Notes: generated from the letters alone by a model not told the origin. A stretch of 64,000 nucleotides of DNA from the human T2T-CHM13v2.0 reference genome, Homo sapiens (GCF_009914755.1 NC_060928.1), one strand, 5' to 3'. Positions 1 through 22,849 are shown, counted from the stretch's first letter. Made by a program: numbers and translations.

Positions 1-69
1 TTTTCTCTTTGCTTGTTAGTTTGTTTATGCAATCAGTGTTAGGTTGTCATCAGTTTAAAAGAATGGGCT

Positions 70-380
<311 letters not shown>

Positions 381-387
381 TTATTTG

Positions 388-675
388 AAGCCAGGCATGG
401 TGACTCATGTATGTAATTCCAGCACTTTGGGAGGCTGAAGCAGAAGGATTGCTTGAGCCCAAGAGTTCAAGATCAGCCTAGGCAACAGAGGGAGACCCCA
501 CACCTACAAAAAATAAAAGAAATAGCCTGGCGTGGTGGTGCACATCTGTGCTCCCAGCTAATCAGAAGGCTGAGGTAAGAAGGTCACTTCAGCCCAGGAG
601 GTTGGGGTTGCAGGTAGCTGTGATTACACCACTACACTACAGCCTGGATGACAGAGTGAGACCCTGTGTCAAAAT
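388..675 (+). mobile_element. AluJ
   Basis: Diverged dimeric Alu; TSD atattatttg. Confidence 0.9.
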
Positions 676-1744
676 GTATATATTATTTGCAAGCCTCATA
701 GTAACCTCAGATCAAAAAAGATAAAACAGATACACAAAAACTAAAAAGAAATTAAAACATACTGCCAGAGAAAATCACTTTCACTAAAAGAAAGGAAGGA
801 AGATAAGAAAAAAAACAACCACCACCATAAAACAAATAACAAAATGGCAGGACTAAGTCCTTACGTATCAATAATAACATTGAATGTAAATGGACCAAAT
901 TCTCCAATAAAAAGATATAGAGTCGTCAAATGGATTAAAAAAACAAAACTCAATGATCTGTTGACTGCAAGAAACACTTCACCTATAAAGACACACATAA
1001 ACTGAAAATAAAGAAATGGAAAAAGACACTCCATACCAATAGAAACCTAAAAAGAGAAGATGTAGCTATATATATGTAAGACAAAAAATTTGAAAAGACC
1101 ATTATATAATGATAAAGGGGTCAATTCAGCAAGAAAATATAACAATTGTAAACATGTATGTACCCAACACTGCAGCACCCAAATATATAAAGCAAATATT
1201 ATTAGAGCTAAAGAGAGAAATACACTCCAATATGATAACAGCTGGAGACTTCAACACCCCACTCTCAGCATTGGACAGATCTTCCAGACAGAAAATCAAC
1301 AAAGAAAAATTGAACTTAATCTGCACAATACACCAAATGAAACTAATAGATATTTACAGAACATTTATCCAACAGCTACAGAATACACATTCTTCTCCTC
1401 AGCCATGGATCTTTCTCAAGGATAGACCATATGTTAGGCCACAAAGCAAGTCTTTAAAAATTCAAAAAAAAATCACAATTACCTCAAGTATCTTCTCTGA
1501 CCACAATGGAATAAAACTAGAAATCAACAACAAGAGGAATTTTGGAAACTATACAAACACATGGAAATTAAACAACATGCTCCTGAATGACTAGTGGGTC
1601 AATGAAGAAACTAGTAAGAAAATTAAAAATTTTCTTGAAACAAATGATAATGGAAATACAACATAGCAAAACCTATGGGATACAGCAAAAGGAGTACTAA
1701 CAGGGAAGTTTATATATGCACCTACATAAAAAGGTAGAAAAACA

Positions 1745-2062
<318 letters not shown>

Positions 2063-4015
2063 TCAAATAAACAACCAAACTATGCATCTTAAAGAACTAG
2101 GAGAGGAAGGGCAAGCCAAACCCAAAACTGGTAGAAGAAGAGAAATTATGAAGATCAGAGCAAAATAAATGAAACTGAAACAAAGAAAACAATAGACAAA
2201 ATCAATGAAACTGAAAGTTGGTTTTTTGAAAAGTTAAACAAAATTGACAAACCTTTAGCCAGACTAATGAAGAAAAAAAGAGAAAAGAAACAAATAAATA
2301 AAATCAGAGATGAGAAAGGAGACACAACAACTGATACTGCAGAAATTCAAAGGATCGTTAGAGTCACTATAAGCAACCATAGGATAATAAATTGGAAAAC
2401 CTAGAAGAAATAAATTCTTGAATACACACAACCAACTAAGAATGAACCATAATGAAATCCAAAATGTGAATAGACTAATAACAAGTAACAAGATTGAAGC
2501 CATAATAAAAAGTCTCCTAGCAAAGAAAAGCTCGGAACCCAATGACTTCACTGCTGAATTCTAGCAAACATTTAAGGAAAAATGCCAATTCTACCAAAAC
2601 TATTCCAAAAAATAGAGGAAGAGGGAATAATTCCAAACTCATCCTATGAGGCCAGTGTTACCTTGATGCCAAAACCAGACAAAGACACATCAAAAAAAAA
2701 AAACTACAAGCCAATATCCTTGATGAATATTGATGAAAAAATCCTTAACAAAATACTAGCAAATCAAATTCAACAATACATTGAAAACATCATTTATCAT
2801 GACCAAATAGGGTTTATCCCAGTGATGCAAAGATGGTTCAACATATACAAATCCATCAATGTCATACGTCATATCAATAGAATGAAGGACAAAGACATGA
2901 TTATTAAAACAGATGCTGAAAAAGCATTTGCTAACATTCAACATCCCTTCATGATAAAAACCTCCAAAAAACTGGGTATAGAAAGAATATTCCTCAACAT
3001 AATAAAAGCCATATACAACAGACCCACAGCTAGTATCATACTGAATGGGGAGAAATTGGAAGCCTTTTCTCTAAGATCTGGAACAAAACAAGGATGCCCA
3101 CTTTCACCACTGTTATTCAACATAGTACTGGAAGTCCTATTTAGAGCAATCAGATAAGAGAAAAAAATAAAGGGCATCCAAACTGAAAAGAAGGAAGTCA
3201 AATTATCTTTGTTGGCAGATGATATGATCCCATATTTGGAAAAACTAAAGACTCCAGCAAAAACCTACTAGAACTGACAAATTCAGTAAAGTTGCAGGAT
3301 ACAAAATCAACATACAAAAAATCAGTAGCATTTCTATATGTCAGTAGCAAACAATCTAAAAAATCAAGAAAGTAATCCCATTTACAATAGCTACAAATAA
3401 AATAAAATACCTAGGAATTAACTTAATCAAAGGAGTAAAATATCTTTACAATGAAAGTGATAAAATAGCAATGAAAGAAATTGAAGAGGACACCAAAAAT
3501 GGAAAGATATTCCATGTTCATAGATAGGAAGAATCATTGTTGTTAAAATGTCACATTACCCAAAGAAATCTACAGATTCAATGCAATCCCCATCAAAATA
3601 CCAATGGCATTCATCATAAGAATAGAAAAACAAATTCTAAACTTTATATGGAACCTCAAAAGACCCACAATAGGCAAAGCCATCCTGAACAAAAAGAACA
3701 AAACTAGAAAAAACACATTACCTGACATCAAATTATAGTACAGAGCTATAATAACCAAAATGGCAAGGTACTGACATAAAAACACATAGACCAATGGAAC
3801 AGAATAGAGAAACCAGAAACAATTCCATACATCTACAGTGAATTCATTTTTGACAAAGGTCTCAAGAACATACAGTGGGAAAAGAATATCTCTTCAATAA
3901 ATGATGCTGGGAAAACTGGGTATCCATATTCAGAAGAATGAATCTAGACCCCTATCTCTTACCATATACAAATATCAAATCAAAATGGATTAAAAACTTA
4001 AATATAAGACCTCAT

Positions 4016-4312
<297 letters not shown>

Positions 4313-5288
4313 TCAAACTATGAATCTACTAAAAGAACACATTGAGGAAGATCTCCAGGATATGGAACTGGACAACAGTTTTTTTGAGTAATACCCCATG
4401 AGCACAGGCAACTAAAGCAAAAATGGATAAATGGGATCACATCAAGTTAAAAACTTCTGCACAGCTAAGAAAATAATCAACAAAGTGAGGGGACAAACCA
4501 CAGAACCATATTAATGGGAGAAAATATTTGTAAACTACCCATCTGACAAGGGATTAATAACCAGAATGTATAAGGAACTGAAAAAAACTCTATAAAAAAC
4601 TAATAATCCAATTTAAAAATGGCCAAAATATCTGAACAGACATTTCTCAAAAGAAGACGCACGAATGGCAAACAAGTAAATGAAAAGGTACTCATTATCA
4701 TTAATCAGAGAAATGCAAATCAAAACTATCATGAGATATCATCTCATCCCAGTTAAAACAGTTTTTATCCAAAAGACAGGTAATAACAAATGCTGTCAAG
4801 AATGTGGAGGGAGAAAAGGGAACCCCTGTGCACTGTTGGCAGGAATACATATTAGTCCAACCACTATGGAGAATAGTTTGGAGGTTTCTCAAAAAACTAA
4901 AAATAGAACTTACATATGTAAGTACCAGGAATCCCACTGCTTGGTATATACCCCCAAAAAAGGAAATCAGTATGACACAGAGATATCTGCACTCCTATGT
5001 TTATATTACAGCACTATTCAGAATAACCAAGATTTAGAAACAGCCTAAGTGTCCATCAGCAGATGAATGGATAAAGAAAATATGCTACTTATACACAACA
5101 GAATACTATTCAGCCACAAAAAAATTAGATCCTGGCATCTGCAACAATATAAATGGAATTGAAGGTCATTATGTCAAGTGAAATAAGCCAGGCACAGAAA
5201 GACAAACTTCTCATGTTCTCACTTGTTTGCATGAGCTAAAAAATCAAAACAAGCGAACTCATGGAGATAGAGTAGAACGGTGGTTAGG

Positions 5289-6056
<768 letters not shown>

Positions 6057-6174
6057 TTACCAGAGACTGGGAAGGTAGTGTGGCAGGGGAGAAGTGGGGT
6101 TGGTTAATGGGTACAAAAATATAATTAGATGGAATGAATAAGATCTAGTATTTGATAGCACAACTGGGTGATTA

Positions 6175-6586
<412 letters not shown>

Positions 6587-6985
6587 TCATTTATCCTGAT
6601 GTGATTATTACATATTGTATGACTATGTCAAAATATCTCATGTAACCCATAAATATATACACCTACAATGTACCCACAAACATTAAAAATTATATTAAAG
6701 GGATGAGCTAATTTAACAATTTGTACTAAGAAGAGTGAATAGAGAAGACACCCTACCAAATGGGGCAGTTTCTTACCAATCTCTGAAAATATGCTATTAA
6801 CAACACACACAAATATCTTTTGTATCTTATAGTGGTTTCAACTACAGGCAGGATGTTTGGAAATGTCCAGTAGCATTTTTAGTCATCGTAATATCTGGGA
6901 TTGCTATTGGCATGTGTGGTCATGGGTTGGGGAGGGAAAGCATCCTGTAAAATAAGCAACAGTGTCATAGCCTAAAAAGCACTGC

Positions 6986-8450
6986 TAAATCCAATGTCAT
7001 AATGATTTTCTCTTATGTTTTCTTGTAAGAGTTTCGTAAGTTTAAGTCTTAGATTTAGGTTTTTGATCATTTTTGTATATAGTACTATATAAGGTAAGGG
7101 TCCAACTTTATTCTTTCATATGCGGCTATCCAGTTTTCCCAGCCTCATATGTTGAAACATCTATCCTTTCCCGACTGAATTAGTCTTGGCACATTTGTTG
7201 AAAATCAATTGCCCACATATGCAAAGGTTTATTTCTGGTCTCTTTATTCTATTGCATTGGTCTAAACGTCTGTCTCTATGCCCATACGACACTATTTTAA
7301 TTACAATTAACTTTGTTTTTTTTTTTAATTTAATAGAGATGAGGTCTCACTATGTTGCCCAAACTGGTTACAAACTCCTGATCCTTCCACTTTGGCCTCC
7401 CAAAGAACTGAGATTAGAAGCATGAGCCACCACACCCAGCCAGAACTTTGTAATAAGATTTAAAATCAGGAAGTGTGAGACTTCCAAGTTTATTCTTTTT
7501 CAAGATGATTTTGGCTATTCAGAGTCCCTTACAATTCATTTGAATTTTAGAATGGGTTTTTCTATTTCTACAAAAAATGGCCTTAGGAGCTAGATAGGAT
7601 TGCGTTGAATCTGTAGACTGTGTTGGGTAGTATTGCCATCCTAACAATTTTAGATCTTCCAGGCTGCGCAGTGGCTCATGCCTGTAATCCCAGCACTTTG
7701 GAAGGCCAAGGCAGGCAGATTACTTGAGCTCAGGAGTTCAAGACCAGCCTGGGCAACATGGCAAAACCAGTCTCTACAAAATATACAAAAATTAGCTGGT
7801 CTTGGTGGTGCACGCCTGTAATCCCAGCTACTCAGGAGGCTGAGGTAGGAGAATCACCTGAACCTGGGAAGCAGAGGCTGCAACGAGCCAAGATTGCGCC
7901 ACTGGACTCCAGCCTGGGTGACAGAAGCAAGACCATGTTTAAACAACAACAAAAAAAAACACAATATTAGATCTTCCAGTTCATGAACACAGGATGTCTG
8001 CATATTCGTTTACATTTTCTTCAGTCTCTTTCCGCAATGTTTTGAAGTTTGCAGTACACAAATCTTGCAGCTCCTTGGTTAAATTTATTTATAAGTATTT
8101 TACTCTTTTTGATGATATTATGACTTGAGTTGTTCTCTTAGTTTCCTTTTTGGATTGATTATTCATTGCTAGAGTATAAAATGCAACTAGGCCAGGTGCA
8201 ATGACTCATGCCCAGGCCAAGAAGGGAGGATCAAGAGCTTGAGACCAGTCTGGGCAAAATAGTAACACACCTTCTCCACAAAAAATTAAAAAATGAGCTG
8301 AGCATGGTGGCACATGCTTGTATTCCTAGCCACTCAGGAGGCTGAGGCAGGAGAATCACTTGAGCCAAGGAGTTCAAGGCTGCAGTGAGTTATGATCATG
8401 CCACCGTACTCTAGCCTGGGCAACAGAGTGAGACCCTGCATCTAAAAATA

Positions 8451-8485
<35 letters not shown>

Positions 8486-8865
8486 GAAATAAAATGCAAC
8501 TGATTTTTCTGTGTTGATTTTGTATGCCTCTATTTTGCTGAATTTATTTAGTGGCTCTAATTTTCGTGTGTGGAATCTTTAAGGTTTTCAACATAGAAGA
8601 TTACAACATCTGTGAACAGAAATAATTTTACTTTCTCCTTTCCAATTTAAATGCCTTTCTTTTTGTTGCCTAATTTCTCTGGCTACAATTGCTAATACCA
8701 TGTTGAATGTAAGTGGCAAAATCAGGCACTTGTTAATAATCTTAAGCGAAAAACTTTCAGTTTGATGGCACCATTGATATGAAGTTAGCTGTGGGTTTTT
8801 CATACATGGTCTTTATCATGCTGAAGACGTTTCCTTCTATTCCTATTTAGGGTTTTTATCATTAA
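6986..8865 (-). mobile_element. Old L1M ORF2 fragment with FLAM (7313-7442, -) and Alus (7660-7960 +, 8190-8490 +)
   Basis: L1 antisense motifs such as tatccagttttcccagc and attgcgttgaatctgtagact; Alu TSDs tagatcttccag and aaaatgcaact. Confidence 0.85.
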
Positions 8866-9088
8866 AAAGAACAGTACATTGTTAATGAACAAATGAATGA
8901 AGTTAGTTTAAAGTGGTATGAATGAATGAGGTTAGTTTAAAGGAATATACAAAAAGAAATGTACATGAGTCATAAATGCAAAGAAGGCATGGGGTGATTT
9001 GAGGTAAATATGCAAAGTCACCCCTTATATACTGAACACAATTCCTTTAACTACAAGAGTTGTTGTTTGTTGGGTTTCTTTTTTCTTT

Positions 9089-9330
9089 TTAAAACAGTCT
9101 TTGAGGTAGATTTCTATTATTAAAGCCTGTTTTTATAGAGTTCAGAGTTCTTCCTTCCTTCTCTTTGATGCCTAATCTCCTTTATCTTCAGCCAGCAAAT
9201 AAATCTCTAGTGCTATCAGGAAATACTGATTTTCTCACTTTATACCCCTGTTCTATCTGAACTCATCAGTCCCTAATCTCCGTTTGACCTCAAATCCAAG
9301 CCGTGGGCCTTCAGAAATGCTCTATAAAAC
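9089..9330 (-). pseudogene. Pseudo-exon 13 (terminal coding exon)
   Basis: cag|G completes the W codon; FYRAFLKAHGLDLRSNGD*GLMSSDRTG, one extra G in a GGGG run, then YKVRKSVFPDSTRDLFAG*R*RRLGIKEKEGRTLNSIKTGFNNRNLPQRLF-TAA. Confidence 0.7.
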
Positions 9331-9599
9331 CTGTTGTACAGGAATTGTAATTAAGTCATTCAACTATCCAGGAGTCTATTTACAAAATTAGGAGGGCATC
9401 TGGTTAATTGCAAAGTCCCTTCCAATTCCACCAGTGCACAATTCCCTTGAAGATGAGTTACTCAGCTTGCTGAATTTAAAGGTTGCTAAACACTTGCAGT
9501 AGATTTCAAACTGTGTTCTGATAAGCCAAGGTTACTAAGTAGAGGATTTAGGGACTCCAAGACTTTTGTGGAAATATTGTTTCTAAAATATATTTTAAC

Positions 9600-11954
<2,355 letters not shown>

Positions 11955-12653
11955 TAAAAGCCAATAAGTGACAATGTGCCCTTTCAAAATATATTAAAAA
12001 TATATAATTATTTATTTAAAACATTTAACAATTTGTATAAAAACATATTTACCATGCCTTCTCACGTACTATATACTGAAGTTTAACATATTGGGAACAT
12101 ATATGTTAACTTGTGCTATTTTTATTGGTATCTCAGAATAAATCTTCCTTTGCCATGTCTGTTTAATCAGAACTATAAAATTATAAGATGAACAAAACAA
12201 CACAACACAAAAACCTAAAATCATTTCTGACTGCTAGTACATGAGTGAGATTTTTTCTCAATATTGTACGATCAAAACAAATACAGAAATAAATTTCAGA
12301 GGCTTACTACAGCTGAAATCAGTGAACCTTTCTCACAAGGTTTTTGTGCTAAAAATACTGTTTTCACTGTATAATTTCCTGATAAGCAAATGTTATAATT
12401 TTAGCACCTAAAGTACTTGCATCAATAACTATATTATTATTTTTATATATTATGGTTATGTAATTAATTTTTAAGAGGTTTCTGTTGCTAAAACAAAAAG
12501 TATCTGAATTATCCTGGATCATAGGCAATACAATGATATCAAGCTCAACTACATTTTTGCTAGTAGGCTGATTAGAAACAAATTTAGTTGAAAAGAATAC
12601 CTTAATATCCTGGAAGGCTGCCATGAATGTAGATGGGATTTTACTTCATATAG

Positions 12654-12980
<327 letters not shown>

Positions 12981-13049
12981 TGAATTTTAAAAAAACATTT
13001 TCAAGAAATCAGATGTTCCACTTCCTTTTTCACCTGACATTTCATAGAA

Positions 13050-13632
<583 letters not shown>

Positions 13633-14006
13633 GATAGGAGTGGTTCAGACAGAGCTGTAGGCACGAAGGCTGACACAGGAAAGCGCTTGGCATCTTGAAA
13701 AGATAGCAAGGTAAATGTAGCTGGAGTACCAGTAATGGGAGGGAAAATGGTAGGAGACAGGGCAGGAGTTAATGGGGAGCCCGATGGTGTAAGGCCTGGT
13801 GGCTCACTGGGACTTTGAGCTTTAATTTAGATGTGGGAAGCCATCAGAGAATTTTGAGAAGAAAAATGACCCAACTGGTCTATGTTTTAAAGGAATCTCT
13901 TTGTGGAGAATAGACTTATGCCAATGCTTAGAAGTCATCATATGAGTAAAATGAGTATTTATTACAATATTCTCTATACTTCTTTTACACATTTAAAATA
14001 TTTTAC

Positions 14007-14165
14007 CGCCAGGCCTGGGGGCTCACACCTATAATCCCAGTGCCTTAGGAGGCTAAGGTGGGAGGATCGCTTGAGGCCAGGAGTTCAAGGCTGCAGTGAG
14101 CTGTGATGGCACCACTGCACTCCAGCATGGGAAACAGAGTGAGACCCTGTCTCTAAAAATAAAAT
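14007..14165 (+). mobile_element. Free Alu monomer (FAM/FLAM-like)
   Basis: Single Alu arm with A tail. Confidence 0.8.
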
Positions 14166-14351
14166 ATTCCAGATTATAAAATTTCATGGAAAACTGATCA
14201 CAGTCACATTTATTAACTGGCCAAAGCTAAAACTGTATCATTTATAACTAATTTTACTGTAACATATCAGAATAAAGAATGTGTTAACTTAGAAGGGTTT
14301 GTTCCGGGCTATCCAGAAAACAGATAGGGTCCATATAATATGTGGTCGGCT

Positions 14352-15099
14352 TGTTAGCAGCAGAAGGTATCCTAGTCACGTGGCACCAAAATATGTTAGT
14401 AGCGGCCAATCCACACAGGTCTGCAGCAACCTCAGTTCTTGCCTTTTCAGAAGAAAGAATTCGACAGAGGAGCATAAGGCAGAGTGAGAGAGCAAGACAA
14501 CTTTTAGAGCAGGAGTAAAAGTTTATCAAAAAGCTTTAGGGCAGTAATGAAAGGAAATAAAGTACACTTGGAAGAGGGTAAGTGGGCAACTTGAGAAATC
14601 CCATGCACAGTTTGACCTTTGACTTGTGGTTTTATACACTGGCATACTTCCGGGGTCTTATGTCCCTTCTCCCCTGATTCTTCCCTTGGGCTGGGCTGTC
14701 TGCATGCACAGTGGCCTGTCAGCACTTGGGTGGGGCCACATGCACTGTGTGTTTACTGAAGTTGTATGCATGCTCAACTGAGGTGTTTTTCTCTTACTAG
14801 TCAAATGTTCTCAGGAGGCCATATACCAGTTAAACTCGGCATTTTGCCTCTTAGTGCATGTGCTTGATTGAGCCCATTCGCCCAGCTCCTGAGATCTTAT
14901 CAGGAAGTTGCTGATCACTAGTTTCAGGTGTTTCTATCTATTGGGAGACGACCTTTCCCTGGCGCCAGCTGCAACCAATTACTATTTTGCAGAGCCAGTG
15001 TAACAACTGCCTGACCATCACCTGATGGTGGCCTGACATTCCTGGGTTGGGGGTCGGGGACACTCCTGCCCCGCACATTTCTGACTAACTACTGTAACA
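14352..15099 (-). mobile_element. ERV1 solo LTR (MER50-like)
   Basis: TG...CA termini; degenerate 4-bp TSD ggct/gact; ggtctgcagcaacctcagttcttgcc motif. Confidence 0.8.
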
Positions 15100-15316
15100 G
15101 ACTAGAGAGCTCTGCATTGGAGCTTGCCTCTGGGTTTTACTAACTTGGAGGGTGACTTTGACTAAATCAGTCATTTAACCTTCCTAATCTACCAAAATGT
15201 AGTCATCTTTACCTGCAAAGATTTTGTGAGGATTAAGTGCTTAGCATTGTTCATTGTTCCTAGCACAGAATAATCATCCCATAAGTGGTGTCTTAATTAT
15301 CTTTAACCACAATTAC

Positions 15317-15465
15317 CAGAATCTGAGAACACTTAACTACACTTTTAACACTGAATCAGGGCAATATAAAATTTGCAGGCATAAGGAAGTTTTTCTGTTA
15401 TGAGTGGAGACAGCTTCACACAAGGATTTTCCATTATTTGATGCAAAAGCTGTCAAGTGCATCTC
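15317..15465 (-). pseudogene. Pseudo-exon 12
   Basis: cag|EMHLTAFASNNGKSLCEAVSTHNRKTSLCLQILYCPDSVLKV*LSVLRF+TG|gtaatt; 149 nt, phase 0-2; preceded by an 89-nt intron. Confidence 0.7.
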
Positions 15466-15554
15466 CTGTTTTTTTAAAATCTGGTAAGTTTGCTTGTGGA
15501 AGAAACTTGAGTATCTCAGTCATAGGAATGCCCATAAGAAAACCAATTAATTAC

Positions 15555-15635
15555 CATTCTGATTCATACTTCAATTTCTTCTGATTCATAAATTATTATG
15601 AATCAGCAACTATGAACCTCATCAGCACTAGCATA
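15555..15635 (-). pseudogene. Pseudo-exon 11 (acceptor reads cgg instead of cag)
   Basis: tcttttcgg|YASADEVHSC*FIIIYESEEIEV*IRM|gtaatt; 81 nt, phase 0-0. Confidence 0.65.
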
Positions 15636-16266
15636 CCGAAAAGATCATTTCTGGGCCCACGTTTTACCTCCTGGAACTTTATGATGCTCTTACACTGAAG
15701 ATTACCAAAAAAAAAAAAAAATCCCCTTTAGCATCGGACTGCGCAGGGAAATTTAAACCATTTTTAAATACACCAGAACATTCTGTTCTCCTTAACAAGA
15801 CCTGCCTTTAAGATAAACTATCTTATCAGAGGCTAACCTATTGAGGTTTTATGGGCACTTAAATGACCTTGGTGAAGGGAAATACCCAACCCCAAACCCC
15901 TCCAGCCATCCTGTCCTATTTAAGGTGAAAGTTTGAGGAGACTGAGAGGCACTGTGAAATTCACAGCCTAGGGGCACAGGCTTACTAAAAAAACCAAGAC
16001 CTAATCATAGGACTGTAGAATATTACCCCCTACCCACCCCACCTCACCACCACATCAGGAAAGGCCTACCTACTAGAGTTCTTTTTACCCAGTACATCAT
16101 GTCTGGCTTTCAACAAAAAAAAAAAAAAAAACAAGGCATACTAAAAGGCAAAAAATAGTTTGACCAGAAAAAGCATTAGAACCAGACACAGATATTTTAG
16201 GAAGGGTAGAATTATCAGAGTGGGAATTAAAAATAACTATGATTAATATGATAAAAGCTCTAATGG

Positions 16267-17575
<1,309 letters not shown>

Positions 17576-17746
17576 AAAGCTCCAATGGATAAAGTAGATG
17601 GCATGTAATAAGACAGATGGAAATTCTGAGAAAGAGTCAAAAAAATGCTAGAGATTAAAAACACTATGAAGATTGCCATTCATGAGCTTACGGGTTGACT
17701 AAACATAGCTGAAGAAAGATACTCTGAGCTTGAGGATGTCCAGTAG

Positions 17747-19732
<1,986 letters not shown>

Positions 19733-20554
19733 TATTTTTCTTATTCTTAATTGATCTAACAGATAACTGGTTAAAATAATAATAGCAACAATATACTCAA
19801 TTGTATATGTAGAAATTTTGAACTAAATAAAAATGAAAATATAATTAACAAAATTTGTGGGATGCAGCAATTGCAATAAAAGGGAAATTTATGTCATTGG
19901 AAACATATATTAGAAAAAAAAGACAAATCCAAAATCAATAATGTGTACTACCACCTTGGAAAACTAGAAATAGAAGAGTAAATTAAAGACAAATTAAGCA
20001 GAAGAAAAGAAATAATAAAAATCAGAAAAAACATGAAACTGAAAATCAATAGAGAAAATTAACAAAAAAACAAAAGCCGGTTATTTGAAAAGATCAATAA
20101 AATTTATAAGTCTCCAGTTGCACTAACTGCAAAAAAAAAAAAAAAAAGAGAGAGGACATAATCACTAATATCAGAAATAAAAAAAGTAGACATTACCTGG
20201 TTGGCCCTGTCAGTAAAAGTTTTTTTAAAAAAAGAGTGGACATCACTTAAAGACCCCACAGACATTGAAAGGATAGTAACAAAACTATTCTCACGAATTT
20301 GATAACCTAGATGAAATGGACCAATTCCTTGAAAGATGCAATCTGCCAAAATTCACACACACAAATTAGACAATCTGTAAAGACCCAGGATTATTTTAAA
20401 AATTGAATCAATAATTAATAAACTTCCAAAACAGAAAGTCCCTAGCCCCAGATAGATTCACTGGCAAATTATATCAAACATTGAAAGAAGCAGCTGTACA
20501 GTTCTTTGTAATCTCTTTTAGGAGACAGAAATAGAGGGAATACTTCCTAACTCC

Positions 20555-20970
20555 CTAGCTACTCAAGGACCAGGGAGGACTATTGTGGGCTTCACCTGGG
20601 AACTGGTTAGAAATGCAATATCTGTGCTTGCTTTGAGAGCACATATACTAAAATTGGAACAATTCAGAGAAGATTAGCACGGCGCCCTACACAAAGATAA
20701 TACACAAATTTGTGAAGTGTTCCCTATTTAATAAAAACATATTTTTTAAAAATGCAGAATCTTGTGCCTCAGCATAAGCCTACACTCAAAACCTGCAAGT
20801 TCATCAAGATCCACAAGTCATTCATATGTACATTAAGTGTTAAGAAGCACTGGTCCTCAACCTATCTGCATACTGGAGTCTCCTGGAAGAAATTCTGATT
20901 TAATTGGTATGAGTGTGGCAGGGCTTTGGGATTTTTTAAAGCTCCCCAAGCAATTTAAAATTCAGCAATA
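20555..20970. mobile_element. MER5-type hAT-Charlie DNA transposon fragments
   Basis: cacctgggaactggttagaaatgca...ttaagaagcactgg motifs. Confidence 0.7.
20624..20729 (+). pseudogene. U6 snRNA retro-pseudogene
   Basis: gtgcttgctttgagagcacatatactaaaattggaacaattcagagaagattagc...gtgaagtgttccctattt; A-rich tail; TSD aaatgcaatatct/aaatgcagaatct. Confidence 0.93.
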
Positions 20971-21035
20971 TCTAAAGAGAGGTCTTAGAAGCCAAGATCA
21001 CAAAATGAATATCGGTGAAGTATCATTTTGCTTAC

Positions 21036-21122
21036 CTCAAAGGGCCTTATCAATGGCACTATTCCATGGGCTGCCATCCAACCTGCTACTAATGGATAAA
21101 GTCCCATAATGCCCCATGTCAA
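21036..21122 (-). pseudogene. Pseudo-exon 10
   Basis: Open frame LTWGIMGLYPLVAGWMAAHGIVPLIRPFE; 87 nt, phase 0-0; donor GAG|gtaagc. Confidence 0.75.
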
Positions 21123-21148
21123 CTTTCGGCCAAGAAATTTGAGAGTCT

Positions 21149-21268
21149 AGGCGTTATGTGATGACTCACATCTGTAATCCCATCACCTTGGGAGGTCGAG
21201 GCAGGGGGACTGCTTGAGGCCAGGAGCTCAAGACCAACCAGTGCAACATAGGAGGACCCCATCTCTAC

Positions 21269-21324
<56 letters not shown>

Positions 21325-21825
21325 TTTAATTAGCTGGGCATGGTAGTGTTGTAGGACTTTCTCCTTAAGGTCCTTGTCACACAACCAGGAAAGATTAGGC
21401 TTGCAGACACTTTGAAAGGTGAGAAAAATGGAATTTATTGCGTGAAAAGGAGAAAGGGGAAACAGAGACTCTAAGCAAAGTGAGAGTTCTGCTAGCTGGT
21501 CTCTCACCTCACAGATTGAATCACAGGTTACCACCCGGGAACAGGAGCGTCCAGGCTCCTCCCCACTGCAAAGGGCTCAAACTTCCCATGGCTCCACCCC
21601 GTTCTCCCAGTGTACAGGCTGGTCAGAGGTTCTCCGGGGACCCCTTTATACTTGGCTGTCTCAGTAGTACACACCTGTAATCCTAGCTACTCAGGAGGCT
21701 AAAGCAGGAGGATTACTGGAGCCCAGGAGTTGGAGGTTACGGTGAGCCTTGATCACACCACTGCACTCCAGCCAGGTCAACAGAGAGGGACCCTGTCTCT
21801 AAAAATAGTAAATAAATAAGAAAAT
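21149..21825 (+). mobile_element. AluJ with (TA)n linker, split by an LTR
   Basis: TSD aaatttgagag/aaattcgagag. Confidence 0.88.
21347..21663 (-). mobile_element. ERV1 solo LTR (MER61-like)
   Basis: Minus strand begins tgagacagccaagtataaaggggtccccggagaacc; TG..CA termini; perfect TSD gtag. Confidence 0.85.
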
Positions 21826-21897
21826 AAATTCGAGAGATTATATTTTTAGAAATATTTGTTTCAGTAGTTTAGTAGCACAGAACTTTCTGTACTTTAC

Positions 21898-21951
21898 CTT
21901 TTCTCTTTCCCTTCCACCCAAATTCTTTACACTAATAGGGTAGGTTTCCAT
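21898..21951 (-). pseudogene. Pseudo-exon 9 (acceptor reads aa instead of ag)
   Basis: METYPISVKNLGGREREK; 54 nt, phase 0-0; donor AAG|gtaaag; upstream sequence is ctatttaa. Confidence 0.6.
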
Positions 21952-22429
21952 TTAAATAGATGTAAATTAATTAATTAAAAATGTTTTATTAGCCTGCTAT
22001 TATGCCACAAATTATACTTTAATTTAATGAAACTAGTGTTCAGCACAATGCCAGTTTAATGGGGTTCCAACTTAAAACCAATAAAGCATTGAGGGTAATT
22101 CAAAACATTGTATTGCAAATTACTAAGAACTGGAGAGGTGAGAAGAGAGTGGGGGATGGAACTGAGGATGAGGCGAAAAGATGAAAGAACTGAGGGAAAG
22201 ACCAGAGAAAGGAATACTCTCCTGTTCTTTTTGCTTTTGTAAACTGTTAATGACAAGTGGATTCTAGTAGCTGAATTCAATGATCCAGGGCCCCAGCAAA
22301 CTGACAGTCATGGCTGGTTTCCATAGTTAACAACATGTAGAACTATTTCTTTAAAGAGGTTTAATTAGAATGTTCGAATATTGGAGCTTAAATATAACTG
22401 GAGAGCTTTGCCTAAGAAACTTAAACTCA

Positions 22430-22784
<355 letters not shown>

Positions 22785-22849
22785 TTATCGGAATAAAATT
22801 ATTCCAGTGGCACAATATTTTTTTTTACAGATTACCCTGAAATACTTAC

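Noticed and set aside
15581-15606. Palindrome ctgattcata-N6-tatgaatcag
   Set aside because: AT-rich 10-bp arms inside pseudo-exon 11; no evidence of function.
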